A stretch of 64,000 bases of DNA from Phormidesmis sp. GTDB lineage: Bacteria; Cyanobacteriota; Cyanobacteriia; Leptolyngbyales; Leptolyngbyaceae. Below are positions 19,993 through 30,432 of this stretch, piece after piece. Within the stretch, counting starts at the first letter, position 1, and the number at the start of each line of letters is the position of its first letter. The stretch lies in contig CBDFJR010000002.1 in the NCBI GenBank assembly GCA_965248535.1, positions 1,568,001 to 1,632,000 of the forward strand, written 5' to 3'. The translations under genes and the position numbers were made by a program. Under the pieces are notes generated by a model, which saw nothing but the letters and a program-made list of their open reading frames with translations, was not told the DNA's origin and did not search any database.

Positions 19993-22029
19993 CTACTCTC
20001 TGGATGGCGAAATTGCCGCAGCAATCTCTGTAGCGGTAGGAGTTTTGGCATATCGCTTCCGCAGTGGCTCTAGGCTATTGGCCGGGCTGGGCGCGATCGC
20101 CGGAGCCGCCTCGATCGCGGGTGAAGCCGCATCTCCCTGCTGATCAGGGGGCATAGTCGGGGTCGGGGAAGCCTCGTGAGATGGGCTAGGGCTAGGAGCC
20201 GAGATAAACGAATCGTTTTTCCAAGGTGTGGGAGCAGGTTTATCAGCCCCAACACTTGGCGGCGTGATCGGCGTGCCCGCATCAGGCGACGGCACCGCAG
20301 CCGGAGTCGGCGCAGCAGGCAGAGTTGGAGCTTGCTGAATCGGCGACTCTATAGGACTGGGCGCAAGAGTCGTCGGCTCAGTTGCAGGAGTCGGCACCCC
20401 TGAAGGACTGACCGCTGGGGCACTCGGAGCGCTCACCGTCGTGTTGGATTGAGCATCTAGCACCACAGGCGACTTCATGGGTTCGTGAAAGATGTCTGAG
20501 ACGTTTTCGATCTGGTGCAAAATCTCGGTGCCGCGATCGCCACTCACCACCCTGGGCTGAAACCCTTTCACCTCAACGGGCACAAACTCGACTTTCATCT
20601 GTTTGTCTTTGAGTGCGACTTTGAGCACGGCGGTGTCATAATCACTCACCGATTTGCCGCCAAAGATAAAATTGCCCAGCGAATACACGATCGGGCGGCC
20701 TTTATAGATTTCGGCCCCTTGCAAAACGTGGGGATGATGCCCAACCACGAGATCGGCCCCCTGGTCGATCGTAAAGCGCGCCAGATCCATCTGATAATCA
20801 CCGGGATATTTCGCTAACTCTTCGCCCCAGTGATAGTTGACCACGACCCAATCGACTTGACCGCGAATCGCTTTGATATCGGCCGCGACCCGATCGTTTT
20901 GACGCGAATTCGTCCCTGCCACACCTGCCCCAGCCGCCTGAAATTCGCCGTCGTAATAGCCCAAATAGGCGATGCGCTGCCCCTTGACATCGAGAATTTC
21001 TGGGCGGCGGGCTTCTTCGATCGTGCGCCCGGCCCCAATGTGATGAATGCCCGCTTGATCGAGGGTTTTGATCGTCTCGTCTAACCCAGCCGCCTGATAG
21101 TCCATCGCGTGATTATTAGCCAGCGTCACGAGATCAATGCCGCCATTTTTCAACGCTTGCACATTCGCCGGATCGACTTTGAAGTTAAAGGACTTATCTG
21201 CTAGGGGCGTAGTTGCGGTGGTAAAAGGCGCTTCTAGATTCACCATCGCCACGTCTGCCTGACGCACTTCGCCCATGGCTGAGAATGCCCACTGCTGGTC
21301 ACTGCCCACCAGATCGGTGTAAGCATCAGTGAGGGTGACATCTCCCCCAAACATCAGCGTCACAGTGGGATCGGCAGCATTCTGCACGGGCGGTTTCTCA
21401 ACTGAGACATTGCCCAACGCCGTCAAAACCGTGTCAGAGCGAGTCAGAGCCGTGGCCGCCGGAGACGCTGAGGCGGTAGTTTGATCGGTGGGGGCATCGC
21501 TATAGCCTAGCCAGCATCCCATGATGAAAGCGGCGGCGGTGGTGCCTGTGAGCAAGAGCGATCGTAGCGCCCTAAACTGCACTTTTTGACGAGCCGCCTG
21601 CTGCACTTGGGACTGAATCTGGCTGGTTTTGCGAAGGGTTGAAGGGGTTGATTTTGGTGGCAGCCCTAGTTTGACGCGTCTCGCCGGAGACAACACCCTA
21701 ACTGACTGCCGCCAGAGCACTTGCGGAGTGCCGATCAAGCGTCCCGCGACCTGCACCCCTTCAATCACGTCAGAATCGAGCTTCCAGAGGTGATGACAGA
21801 TAAACCGCACTAAGCGGCTGCGAAACTGGGGTGACTTGGCATCACGATCGGGCGATGGGTGAAACTCAACGAGCACCTGCAAACAGCCAGACTGAGGAGC
21901 GGCCTCGACTTTTGCATAAAGGTGATGGGGCAAGAGCAACACATTTAGCCAATAGGCAATGGCTCGAAAATTGCCCGATCGGGCCAGTTCTAACACAGAA
22001 GGGTGATCAGACTCGCCCGCATAACTCAT
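19993..22029 (-). CDS. CapA-family metallophosphoesterase-fold protein with N-terminal extension and Pro-rich tail
   Basis: FGGDV, VNLE, LANNHAMDY, HWGEE, GHHPHV, YSLGNF; ATG 22029 preferred, ORF extends to 22071. Confidence 0.87.
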   Translation of the reverse strand: MSYAGESDHPSVLELARSGNFRAIAYWLNVLLLPHHLYAKVEAAPQSGCLQVLVEFHPSPDRDAKSPQFRSRLVRFICHHLWKLDSDVIEGVQVAGRLIGTPQVLWRQSVRVLSPARRVKLGLPPKSTPSTLRKTSQIQSQVQQAARQKVQFRALRSLLLTGTTAAAFIMGCWLGYSDAPTDQTTASASPAATALTRSDTVLTALGNVSVEKPPVQNAADPTVTLMFGGDVTLTDAYTDLVGSDQQWAFSAMGEVRQADVAMVNLEAPFTTATTPLADKSFNFKVDPANVQALKNGGIDLVTLANNHAMDYQAAGLDETIKTLDQAGIHHIGAGRTIEEARRPEILDVKGQRIAYLGYYDGEFQAAGAGVAGTNSRQNDRVAADIKAIRGQVDWVVVNYHWGEELAKYPGDYQMDLARFTIDQGADLVVGHHPHVLQGAEIYKGRPIVYSLGNFIFGGKSVSDYDTAVLKVALKDKQMKVEFVPVEVKGFQPRVVSGDRGTEILHQIENVSDIFHEPMKSPVVLDAQSNTTVSAPSAPAVSPSGVPTPATEPTTLAPSPIESPIQQAPTLPAAPTPAAVPSPDAGTPITPPSVGADKPAPTPWKNDSFISAPSPSPSHEASPTPTMPPDQQGDAASPAIEAAPAIAPSPANSLEPLRKRYAKTPTATEIAAAISPSRE

Positions 22030-22350
22030 ATCTAAAACTCCCACACGCAACTCAAAACGACCAAGATACAACCCCGCATGACTGGTTTGGATGACTAGAC
22101 TCGTAGCTCCCCAACGCTGGGGTTGGGACTCCCAAGAGGTGCAAAATCTGAGCTAACCTCGATCGATCGCTATGATGCAAATCACACAACATTAAACTCT
22201 ATATCGTCTGGTTTGCACTAAAATTCTTTTTTTCAGGGGCCGCGCTCATGCCGGGTTTGTGGATCGGGTGACATACCCCTGACGCTTCCCGTTCACAGAT
22301 AAGCAAAAGGGCTGGCTTAGAGTTGCGGGTGTTGTTGACCGACAAAGCCT

Positions 22351-22500
22351 ATGCTGTTTGCCAAGCGATCGCTGCTGGTTCTTCTCAGTCTCTATGTCCT
22401 TTACTTAATCAAAACGGCGGCGGGCATCAACCTATCAGAGCGCTATACGGCTCCAGAGTTTGTCAAGTTTCCGGTCAAAGCATTTCTCCATCATTCATAA
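22351..22500 (+). CDS. Small single-TM protein, 49 aa (not in ORF track)
   Basis: Manual translation MLFAKRSLLVLLSLYVLYLIKTAAGINLSERYTAPEFVKFPVKAFLHHS*; in-frame TGA at 22336 fixes the start. Confidence 0.55.
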   Translation: MLFAKRSLLVLLSLYVLYLIKTAAGINLSERYTAPEFVKFPVKAFLHHS

Positions 22501-22597
22501 TCACGAGCGGATCACGACTCTGGAAAAGTCTCTGCAAGTCGAGAGAAGCAGGTACGATAGGGCATATTCCCTCAAGTCTGCGGTTTCTAGATTAGGC

Positions 22598-23890
22598 ATG
22601 ACCCTCGACCCCAATTTGCCGCCTGCATCCGACCAACCCCACGCCAACAATGGAACCGGGGGCAACAGTGGATCTGATTCTGCTCCAAAGTTTCAGCCGC
22701 CCTCTAAGGCTGAGGTTTTGAGAGAAAAAAATGCGGCTGCGTTTCCCGGAGTGGGCATTCCGTCAAGTGACTCGTCTCGACTGTCAGCTATTCGTCCGGC
22801 CATTTCTCTGATCATACTAGTCGCAATCATCATAGTGATGATCGGACTGTTCATCAACAGTTTTTGGCTAGTGTTATCTGGCTCGATCGTGGCGTTGCTC
22901 TTGTCATTACGAATTCTGTTTCCAATCTTGCAGCCCATCCTGGCAGAACTCGGTGCCGGGCTAGAACAATCCGTTGCGATTGCCGCCGCTGGGCTAGCGC
23001 TAGCGATCGTTGGCTTGCTCAAGCTTGCAGGCTTTGGCACCACTCTAATGATCTGGTACAAGCAAGTAGACTGGAACGCGATCGGGGCCCTCGGTGAGGT
23101 GTTTGGCGCGCTAGGGCAAATTTTTATCGCGATTTTGGCGGTTTATATTGCCTGGCGGCAGTATGTGATCTCTAAAGATCTGACGATTCAGCAAAACACA
23201 ATTACTCAGCAGCAGACGATCGACACCTACTTTCAAGGCATCTCAGACCTGATTTTAGATGACGAAGGGTTGTTAGAAGACTGGCCGCAAGAACGCGCGA
23301 TCGCCGAAGGCCGAACTGCCGCCATTCTCAGCAGTGTGGATGGCGCAGGCAAAGCCAAGATTTTACGGTTTCTATCTAGAGCTAAATTGCTCACCCCTTT
23401 AAAGCGCGATCGTCGCCTCGGTCGGGCCATTCTTGATGGCTCTGGCGGCTATGCTGAAGACCGAAGTCACGGGGTTAGAGTCATTGATATTGGGGTAATG
23501 TTGGCGGCGGCCAATTTATCGGGCACCGACCTGCGCTGGACAGATTTGAGCGAGGCTAACTTGATTCGGGCAAACCTCGATCGCTGTGATCTGGTCAAGT
23601 CTAATCTCGCCCGAACGATTCTCCTCAACGCCAATCTCAAAGGCGCAGACTTCAACGGCGTGCGGCTTTTTTATGGCAGTGCCGAAGCCGCTTCGCCCCG
23701 CAGCCGCACTGAGCCACCTAACTATAAAACGGGTGCCCACACTGGAGCCGTGGTCGAAAATGCCGATTTTACCAATGCTGAAGACCTGTCTCCAGAGCAG
23801 CGCTATTATTGCTGTGCTTGGGGTGGCTCCAAAACGAGAGCCACGATTCCGGGCGGGTGTGACGGCATTCCCAATAAGCTAGGTCGGTGA
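22598..23890 (+). CDS. Membrane protein with pentapeptide repeats
   Basis: Several TM segments followed by ANLSGTDLRWTDLSEANLIRANL; ATG 22598 preferred over 22460. Confidence 0.85.
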   Translation: MTLDPNLPPASDQPHANNGTGGNSGSDSAPKFQPPSKAEVLREKNAAAFPGVGIPSSDSSRLSAIRPAISLIILVAIIIVMIGLFINSFWLVLSGSIVALLLSLRILFPILQPILAELGAGLEQSVAIAAAGLALAIVGLLKLAGFGTTLMIWYKQVDWNAIGALGEVFGALGQIFIAILAVYIAWRQYVISKDLTIQQNTITQQQTIDTYFQGISDLILDDEGLLEDWPQERAIAEGRTAAILSSVDGAGKAKILRFLSRAKLLTPLKRDRRLGRAILDGSGGYAEDRSHGVRVIDIGVMLAAANLSGTDLRWTDLSEANLIRANLDRCDLVKSNLARTILLNANLKGADFNGVRLFYGSAEAASPRSRTEPPNYKTGAHTGAVVENADFTNAEDLSPEQRYYCCAWGGSKTRATIPGGCDGIPNKLGR

Positions 23891-23907
23891 ACTGAGTGAC
23901 TGTCTGA

Positions 23908-24901
23908 TCACAAGGACACAGATTGTCCGGTCTCTGCCGATCGTCGGGCCGCATCCGCCACTCTCAGGGTATACAAACTGTCGGCTGGGGACACATAAAG
24001 GCGCGTGCCGTCAATTAAGCGATCCAGCACGGCAGTTGTGTCTCTGGCAAAGATGCCCCGACGACCTGCCACCTCGATCGGGCGAGTTCCTTCGTGGTTG
24101 ATCAACACGCCGCCATCTCCATCAAAAATCAATCCGCCTTGGCTGCCCTGCACTTCTAATTTGCGCTCTGGCTGCCAAACCGCTTCCCCTTTGCCATAGA
24201 CGACTTCGGCGATTAACCCACTCTTAAAGCGAAGCTGGGCAGCACAGACACAGGCTATATAGTGCTCAGAGTCAGGGGTTTTTCGCCATTCGCGATTTTG
24301 ACAACTGACGATCGCGACTTCACCAAAGGCATGGGTCAAGCGATGCAACCGCGACAGCGCCCCGATCAGAGGAAACCCAAACAGGTCGGGCTGATAAGTC
24401 CATTTGGGCGGCGCAGGATGTTGAGGAGTCATCGTCACATAGCGGGCATAAACAGGAGTGCCGATCTGAGGCAATGCCTGAATTAAAGCTTGGTGCACTC
24501 CGCCCAACAATTCAATATGCTCGACGTGCAGCAACAGGTTTTGGGAGCTTGCTAGGGCGATCGCGCCCACAGCTTCGTCAACCGTGAGAGCTAGAGGATA
24601 TTCGACCACGACGTGTTTTCCGGCTGAGAGGGCCGCCTGCACGATCGCACCGTGATCGCGATTGATGCCGGAGATGATCACGAGATCAATCTGCTCGTTT
24701 GCCAATCAAGTCAGCCCAGCTACTAAACGATTGAGTCTGGTGAACGTGACCAAACTCCTGAGTTTTTTCTGGCGTATGCCCGGCCACGCCTACTAGCTTG
24801 GCTCTGGGGTCTGCGTTTACCGTTTCGGCCCGCAGTTTGGCTGCATACCCCGTGCCTATCAGCCCCACTCGAATGGGGATCGTCGAAAAAGAAGTCATCA
24901 C
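23908..24901 (-). pseudogene. bvdR: Gfo/Idh/MocA oxidoreductase (biliverdin reductase-like) split by a frameshift near 24705
   Basis: N-terminal ORF has the Rossmann motif VGLIGTGYAA; C-terminal ORF has GKHVVVEYP and HVEHIELL; removing one G joins them. Confidence 0.75.
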
Positions 24902-24984
24902 GCTTGCGAATAAGGGCTATGGATCAATCTACCTCACCTGAAGTGTTAGCCTAGAAGAGAATTTGGTTTTTGATATCTCAGTCC

Positions 24985-26040
24985 ATGAACAAAGTTGTGG
25001 TAGGACTCTCCGGCGGAGTCGATAGCTCAGTTGCCGCAGCCGCTCTGCATCATCAAGGCTATGAGGTGGTGGGCGTGACCCTTTGGTTGATGAAGGGCAA
25101 AGGTCAGTGTTGCTCAGAAGGCATGGTAGACGCTGCCAAGCTTTGTGAGTTTTTGGGCATTCCTCACCACATCGTAGACAGCCGCGATCGCTTTCAGGCT
25201 GACATTATCGATTATTTGGTCACAGGCTATAGCGACGGCATTACGCCGCTGCCGTGTTCTCAGTGCAACAAGGCGGTCAAGTTTACGCCGATGTTAAATT
25301 TTGCGCGAGAGCAGTTGGGCATCTCCACGATCGCCACAGGTCACTATGCCCGCACTCGCTATGACGAGCAAACAGGACGCTATCAACTGCTGCGGGCCAT
25401 CGATCGCACTAAAGATCAGTCCTATTTTCTCTATGACTTAGAGCAAGATATTCTTTCGCAAGTTCTGTTTCCCCTAGGCGAACAGCCCAAAACCGAGACG
25501 CGGCGAATCGCGGCTGAATATGGCCTGCACACGGCCGACAAGCCCGAAAGCCAAGATCTCTGCCTGGTAGAAGCAAACGGCTCTATGCGGGCATTTCTCG
25601 ACAAATACATCACGCCGCAACTGGGCGACATCGTAGACCGATCGGGCGCTGTTTTGGGTCAACACGAAGGCGTTCATCACTACACGATCGGGCAGCGCAA
25701 AGGGCTGGGCATCGCCCACAGTGAGCCGCTTTATGTGCTCGAACTTGACCCTGGTCGCAATCGGGTCATCGTCGGCGATCGCTCTGAAGCTCAAGATCCC
25801 GGTTGCACGGTGCAGCGCGTCAATTGGGTCTCGATCGCGGCACCCACGACTCCCATTCACGCTGAGGTTCAGATTCGCTATCGATCGTCTGCGGTTCCGG
25901 CGATGGTGATCCCGATCGAGAATTCTCGGGTGAGAATTGTGTTTGATGATCCACAGTTCAGCATTACGCCTGGTCAAGCCGCCGTTTGGTATGACGGAGA
26001 GGTGTTGCTGGGCGGTGGCATCATCGAAAAGCAGCCGTAA
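24985..26040 (+). CDS. mnmA: tRNA 2-thiouridine(34) synthase
   Basis: SGGVDS PP-loop, ATGHYAR, KDQSYFL, ESQDLC, TIGQRKG, TPGQ. Confidence 0.97.
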   Translation: MNKVVVGLSGGVDSSVAAAALHHQGYEVVGVTLWLMKGKGQCCSEGMVDAAKLCEFLGIPHHIVDSRDRFQADIIDYLVTGYSDGITPLPCSQCNKAVKFTPMLNFAREQLGISTIATGHYARTRYDEQTGRYQLLRAIDRTKDQSYFLYDLEQDILSQVLFPLGEQPKTETRRIAAEYGLHTADKPESQDLCLVEANGSMRAFLDKYITPQLGDIVDRSGAVLGQHEGVHHYTIGQRKGLGIAHSEPLYVLELDPGRNRVIVGDRSEAQDPGCTVQRVNWVSIAAPTTPIHAEVQIRYRSSAVPAMVIPIENSRVRIVFDDPQFSITPGQAAVWYDGEVLLGGGIIEKQP

Positions 26041-26288
26041 AGGCGTTCCTGTAGCGATCAGTCCCAAAACGGGAGTGGTGTTTTGAGAAGGCTAGAAAGA
26101 AACAAGGCAGTCAAGAGCAATTGCCGAAACATTCGCTTCTTGAGCGCTGCTTCTTTCCCCACTAAAACGTCTATTTTTCTACGTCCTTCTCTAAATAGCA
26201 CTGCCGCAGAAAGGTGTTTAGAGGTGGTTATCAATCCGTGCCTTAGGGAATATTGGCAGAGATAATAGCTCTCTTTCTCTAAACACGA

Positions 26289-28754
26289 ATGAATCAGCCA
26301 TCGCTTCCTGCTTTCTCACTTCCCCGCAGCTTAACTTCACTCGAAGCTTGGGGGTTTGGGTTTAGCGGGTTGCTTTTGTGGTTAGGCACTGCGCCTGCAA
26401 TGCACGCCGCTTTGGGATCTCAAGCCATCTGGGTTTGGCTACCTGGAACGATCGTGGGAATGTTGCTGAATCTGCAAGTCAAACGCTTAGGAACGTATTT
26501 TCCAGACGTTGCTGGCGGTACCCCTAACTACACAACTCGCTTGCTTCAGCGCTTTCCAAATGTAGCTCGCTATGGTGCGATCGGCTACCTGTTGGGCTGG
26601 GCTTCTGTGCCGCCGATGAATGCCATCATCTTGACTGACTTAATTCAGGAAAATTTGGAGCCATTAGGCATTGCTTGCCCAATCATGCCACTCCGCATTG
26701 GCTTTGCTATTTTGCCCTTTATTGTTGCATTTAGCGGCACGCGGACGTTGGGCATTTTGCATACCTTTTTTGTGTTTCCAGCGATCGGGTTTCTCGTCAC
26801 CTTTTGCCTACAGGGTATCGGCTGGCTCAGTCTTGCCCCGACTAGCCCCGGTTTGCTGCCAGACACTTGGTCGGGCATTGCCGCCATCGATTGGATGAAG
26901 TGGTTCTTTATCGCTGTCTATGCCGTTTATGGCTGTGAGACGGCTTCTTCGTTTGTGGCCGATAGTCGTAAACCTACTGCAACGCTACGGTGTTTAAGCG
27001 TCACGGCCGGATTCATTCCGATCGTCTATTTCGCGGGGTCTTGGGTGGTCATGCGGTTGGCGACCGACGTTGGATTAGGAGATAGTGCTTACCTCAATCT
27101 AGTTGCAGCAGCCCAGCCGTTCTGGGGTGTTCTCACTCCCGCACTCGTGACCTTTTTGATTACGTCTGGTTGTTTACTAAGTTCTGCAACAGCCGTTTCT
27201 AACTGCCCTCGCATCTTGTATCAATTGGCAAAAGATGGCTATCTGCCCCCCATATTTTCTGCCGTTTCGCGCCGGGGTGTGCTCGAACCCAGCTTAATTT
27301 TTACGCTATTGCTGAGTCTGCTTTGCCTGGTGTGGGGAGATGTTGCCCATGTGGTGATGGTCACAGGAACAGGCTACCTAACCTCTATGATGGCGATTCA
27401 CTGGGGATTATGGGTCTGCCGCAAACGACCCGAAACCCGGTGGTCTTGGTTATCACTCGGCTTCTTTGGAATGGAGGCTGCTGTTTTGATAGTCGGCGGG
27501 TTGGCGTGGGGCTGGCAAGATTTATTGATTGGCTTACTGTTGCCGTTGGCTGTTGGGATGGCAGCAGTGTGGCTACCTCGTCTGCACTTTGCGCCGTTCG
27601 ATCTAAGTTGGTGGCTACAGCGCGATCGCCAGCCACTTCGTGCGCCTAAAGCTGATTGGATCGCCTTGCAAGTGACGATTCTGATCCTCTTAGTGTGTGG
27701 TGCAGTTAGCATTGGCTGGTTAGTGAGAGCGGGACTTGAACGCCACGGCACGGGTAGCCACATGGCGTTGTTTAGCATTTTGCTGATCACCATTGCCTTT
27801 GTAGGGGTGGCGATCGCGTGCTGGACAAGTCTGCCCCAGATTGCCGCCATCACCGAAGCACGAGAAGAAGTTGAACGAACCCTGACTGATTTGCAGTGGA
27901 CGCAAACGCAACTGGTGCAGGCGGAAAAAATGTCGAGTTTAGGACAGTTGGTGGCAGGCGTTGCCCATGAAATCAACAATCCTGTTAACTTCATTCACGG
28001 TAATCTCATCCATGTGCGAGAGTATTCTCAAGATCTGCTGAATCTGATCCAACTTTACGAGAAGTATTATCCAAACCCCGTACTCGAAATTCAAGCTGAG
28101 GTTGCAGCGGTCGATCTGGGATTTTTGCAGAACGATCTGATCAAAACGCTCGACTCCATGAAAATTGGCACCGATCGTATCTGTCAGATCGTGTTGGGTT
28201 TACGCAACTTTTCTCGCCTAGATGAAGCCGACTTTAAAGAAGTCGATCTTCACGAAGGCATTGACAGCACATTGCTAATCTTGCAACATCGCCTCAAAGC
28301 GCGGTCAGATCGTCCAGAGATTCAGTTAATTAAAGACTATGGCGATCTACCGCCAGTAGAATGCTATCCCGGCCCGTTAAATCAGGTGCTGATGAACATT
28401 TTGGCAAACGCGATCGACGCATTAGAGGAAAGTAATGCGAAACGCACTTATCAGGAGATTGAAGCCAAGCCTAACCAGATTACGGTTCGTACATCGGTGG
28501 TCAAGGCTGAATGGATAGAAATTGCGATCGCCGACAATGGAGGGGGGATGCCTGAAACAGTTCAGCAACGTATTTTCAATCCATTCTTTACAACAAAACC
28601 CGTAGGCAAGGGAACAGGGATGGGAATGTCTATCAGCCATCAAATCATTACTGAAAAACATGGCGGTCATCTGAAGTGCAGTTCTAGTCCTGGGGCGGGA
28701 ACCGAGTTTATGATTCAAATTCCAATTCGGCAACTTGTTAAGAGCGTCTGCTAA
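26289..28754 (+). CDS. APC-family amino acid permease fused to a sensor histidine kinase
   Basis: About 510 aa multi-TM region with APC motifs (YGCETASS; PRILYQLAKDGYLP), then EKMSSLGQLVAGVAHEINNP, NQVLMNILANAIDA, DNGGG and FFTTKPVGKGTGMG. Confidence 0.85.
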   Translation: MNQPSLPAFSLPRSLTSLEAWGFGFSGLLLWLGTAPAMHAALGSQAIWVWLPGTIVGMLLNLQVKRLGTYFPDVAGGTPNYTTRLLQRFPNVARYGAIGYLLGWASVPPMNAIILTDLIQENLEPLGIACPIMPLRIGFAILPFIVAFSGTRTLGILHTFFVFPAIGFLVTFCLQGIGWLSLAPTSPGLLPDTWSGIAAIDWMKWFFIAVYAVYGCETASSFVADSRKPTATLRCLSVTAGFIPIVYFAGSWVVMRLATDVGLGDSAYLNLVAAAQPFWGVLTPALVTFLITSGCLLSSATAVSNCPRILYQLAKDGYLPPIFSAVSRRGVLEPSLIFTLLLSLLCLVWGDVAHVVMVTGTGYLTSMMAIHWGLWVCRKRPETRWSWLSLGFFGMEAAVLIVGGLAWGWQDLLIGLLLPLAVGMAAVWLPRLHFAPFDLSWWLQRDRQPLRAPKADWIALQVTILILLVCGAVSIGWLVRAGLERHGTGSHMALFSILLITIAFVGVAIACWTSLPQIAAITEAREEVERTLTDLQWTQTQLVQAEKMSSLGQLVAGVAHEINNPVNFIHGNLIHVREYSQDLLNLIQLYEKYYPNPVLEIQAEVAAVDLGFLQNDLIKTLDSMKIGTDRICQIVLGLRNFSRLDEADFKEVDLHEGIDSTLLILQHRLKARSDRPEIQLIKDYGDLPPVECYPGPLNQVLMNILANAIDALEESNAKRTYQEIEAKPNQITVRTSVVKAEWIEIAIADNGGGMPETVQQRIFNPFFTTKPVGKGTGMGMSISHQIITEKHGGHLKCSSSPGAGTEFMIQIPIRQLVKSVC

Positions 28755-28880
28755 AAAGCAAGCTTTAGAAGTTAAACGCACAGGGCTACAAAGTCTTTAC
28801 TCTGACTAGATTTCGGCTTTGGAAAAGGTTGAGGAGCCGGAGGAGACGAGTGATGAAAGTTAATGCAACCCAACTTAGAG

Positions 28881-29465
28881 CTATATCTGCTCAAGGGAAC
28901 AGTCGCAGTCTAAAGCTTGTCTCAACAGATCCTTATAGTCTCGATTGGAAATGACATAAGATCCAAATCGCTCTAGGTGTGGGTTTGTCATCTGAGCATC
29001 AAACAGCACAAACTTTTGGGTTCGCAGTCGCTCGACCAGTTTGACCATGGCCACCTTAGAGCCATCTGGAATGTTAAAAAACATCGACTCCCCAATAAAA
29101 GCGCCGCGAATCACAATCCCCAAGATGCCGCCCGCCAGTTGATCGCCTTGCCAGGTCTCAAAACTGTGGGCCCATCCCGCTTGATGCAGCGCCCAATAGA
29201 CTTGTTTAAGCTCCTCAGAAATCCAGGTTGTTTCGCGATCGGAGCATCCCTCCACCACGGCTTCAAAATCTCGATTTACCGCCACCGTGAAGCGATCTTG
29301 ATTGAGAACTCGTTGCAGCGATCGGGGATAGCGAAACCGATCGTCTAGCGGAATCAGCGTCCGTTCTCGGCTCGAATACCAGTCTAAAGTCTGCCCCGAC
29401 TCATCGGCCATTAAAAAATAACCCTGGGCATAGCCTTCGACAATGGACGGCACATCGATTTGCAT
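28881..29465 (-). CDS. aat: Leucyl/phenylalanyl-tRNA-protein transferase
   Basis: YAQGYFLM, TWIS, AHSFETW, FIGESMF, SKVA, DAQMTNPHL; start at MQIDV preferred. Confidence 0.93.
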   Translation of the reverse strand: MQIDVPSIVEGYAQGYFLMADESGQTLDWYSSRERTLIPLDDRFRYPRSLQRVLNQDRFTVAVNRDFEAVVEGCSDRETTWISEELKQVYWALHQAGWAHSFETWQGDQLAGGILGIVIRGAFIGESMFFNIPDGSKVAMVKLVERLRTQKFVLFDAQMTNPHLERFGSYVISNRDYKDLLRQALDCDCSLEQI

Positions 29466-29563
29466 AAGGGTCATTTGCGATGAGTTGCGAGAGTGACCAA
29501 TGACAAACCGATGAGTGTATATTTGGATAGTTTCTTCGTCGATCGTTGCAGGTGTCCTAGCCA

Positions 29564-29893
29564 ATGGTTGAACCCATCCCACCGATCACGCTACCTGCTG
29601 CCACCAACCCAGTTCAGGAGGGAGAGTGGCTCCAGCAAAACCTACACAAATGGCTGGATCAAGAGTTTTTGCCCGAAGCGATCAATCACACGATCGCGCA
29701 ACGAGCAGCCCAGATTTATGTGCGGCAGCGCATGGAGGATGAGAACGACTTAGGTTCCTTAGTGCTGGCGATCATTTCAGAAATGCAAGCCTTTGATTTT
29801 TCCCAAAGTTTCTACAGCGAGTTTGCGGTCGCCAATGCCGTCAGCGATATTCTGCTGGATAGTTTGGGTATCGATCGCTGCTGTGGACAGTAA
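29564..29893 (+). CDS. Hypothetical protein
   Basis: 109 aa ORF divergent from aat, with protein-like composition (WLDQEFLPE, FAVANAVSD). Confidence 0.75.
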   Translation: MVEPIPPITLPAATNPVQEGEWLQQNLHKWLDQEFLPEAINHTIAQRAAQIYVRQRMEDENDLGSLVLAIISEMQAFDFSQSFYSEFAVANAVSDILLDSLGIDRCCGQ

Positions 29894-29919
29894 AAAATCC
29901 TAAGAAAGCCTTGAGCACT

Positions 29920-29970
29920 GAATTTTGAGCGTTGAGTCAACCAGCATTTCTAACTCAAAACTCAAAATTC
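29920..29970. repeat. Inverted pair of TTTTGAG/CTCAAAA heptamer repeats (possible bidirectional terminator)
   Basis: gaattttgagcgttgagt pairs with actcaaaactcaaaattc between convergent genes; similar units at 36001-36054. Confidence 0.55.
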
Positions 29971-29986
29971 GTAACTCAAACCTTGG

Positions 29987-30289
29987 TTACCAGCTTGACT
30001 TGACCACGCCTGGCAAAAGCCCCTGGTGCGCCATTTCGCGAAAGACGTGGCGAGATAGACCAAAGTCGCTATAGACACCTCTAGACCGACCCGTAACCCA
30101 GCAAATCTTCCGCACTCGCACACGAGCACTGTTGCGAGGCAACTGCTGAATTTGACGATGGATTGCCAGCTTTTGCTGCTGAGTAGTCGCTTTTGCAAAC
30201 TGCTCTTTTAGCTCTGCTCGCTGTTCGGCATATTTTTCCACCGTTTCTTGGCGTTTTTTAGCCCGCTCAATCATGCTCTTCTTAGCCAT
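29987..30289 (-). CDS. rpsN: 30S ribosomal protein S14
   Basis: [37 protein letters not shown]. Confidence 0.97.
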   Translation of the reverse strand: MAKKSMIERAKKRQETVEKYAEQRAELKEQFAKATTQQQKLAIHRQIQQLPRNSARVRVRKICWVTGRSRGVYSDFGLSRHVFREMAHQGLLPGVVKSSW

Positions 30290-30432
30290 GAAGATTTTTG
30301 ACCCTTTTAAAAGACAGTGCCTCTCATTCTACCGAATTGATCGGGCGAGTGGAGAACTAGATTTGAGATTGTTGCACGATCGCGCTCACGAAGGTCGCAG
30401 ATTAAAGAATGTTAGTTATCTGCCAAGATAAT

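Noticed and set aside
27398..27994. Long antisense ORFs (198 aa here; also 25474..26067 and 61326..61892)
   Set aside because: Antisense shadows of well-supported genes with no recognisable motifs.
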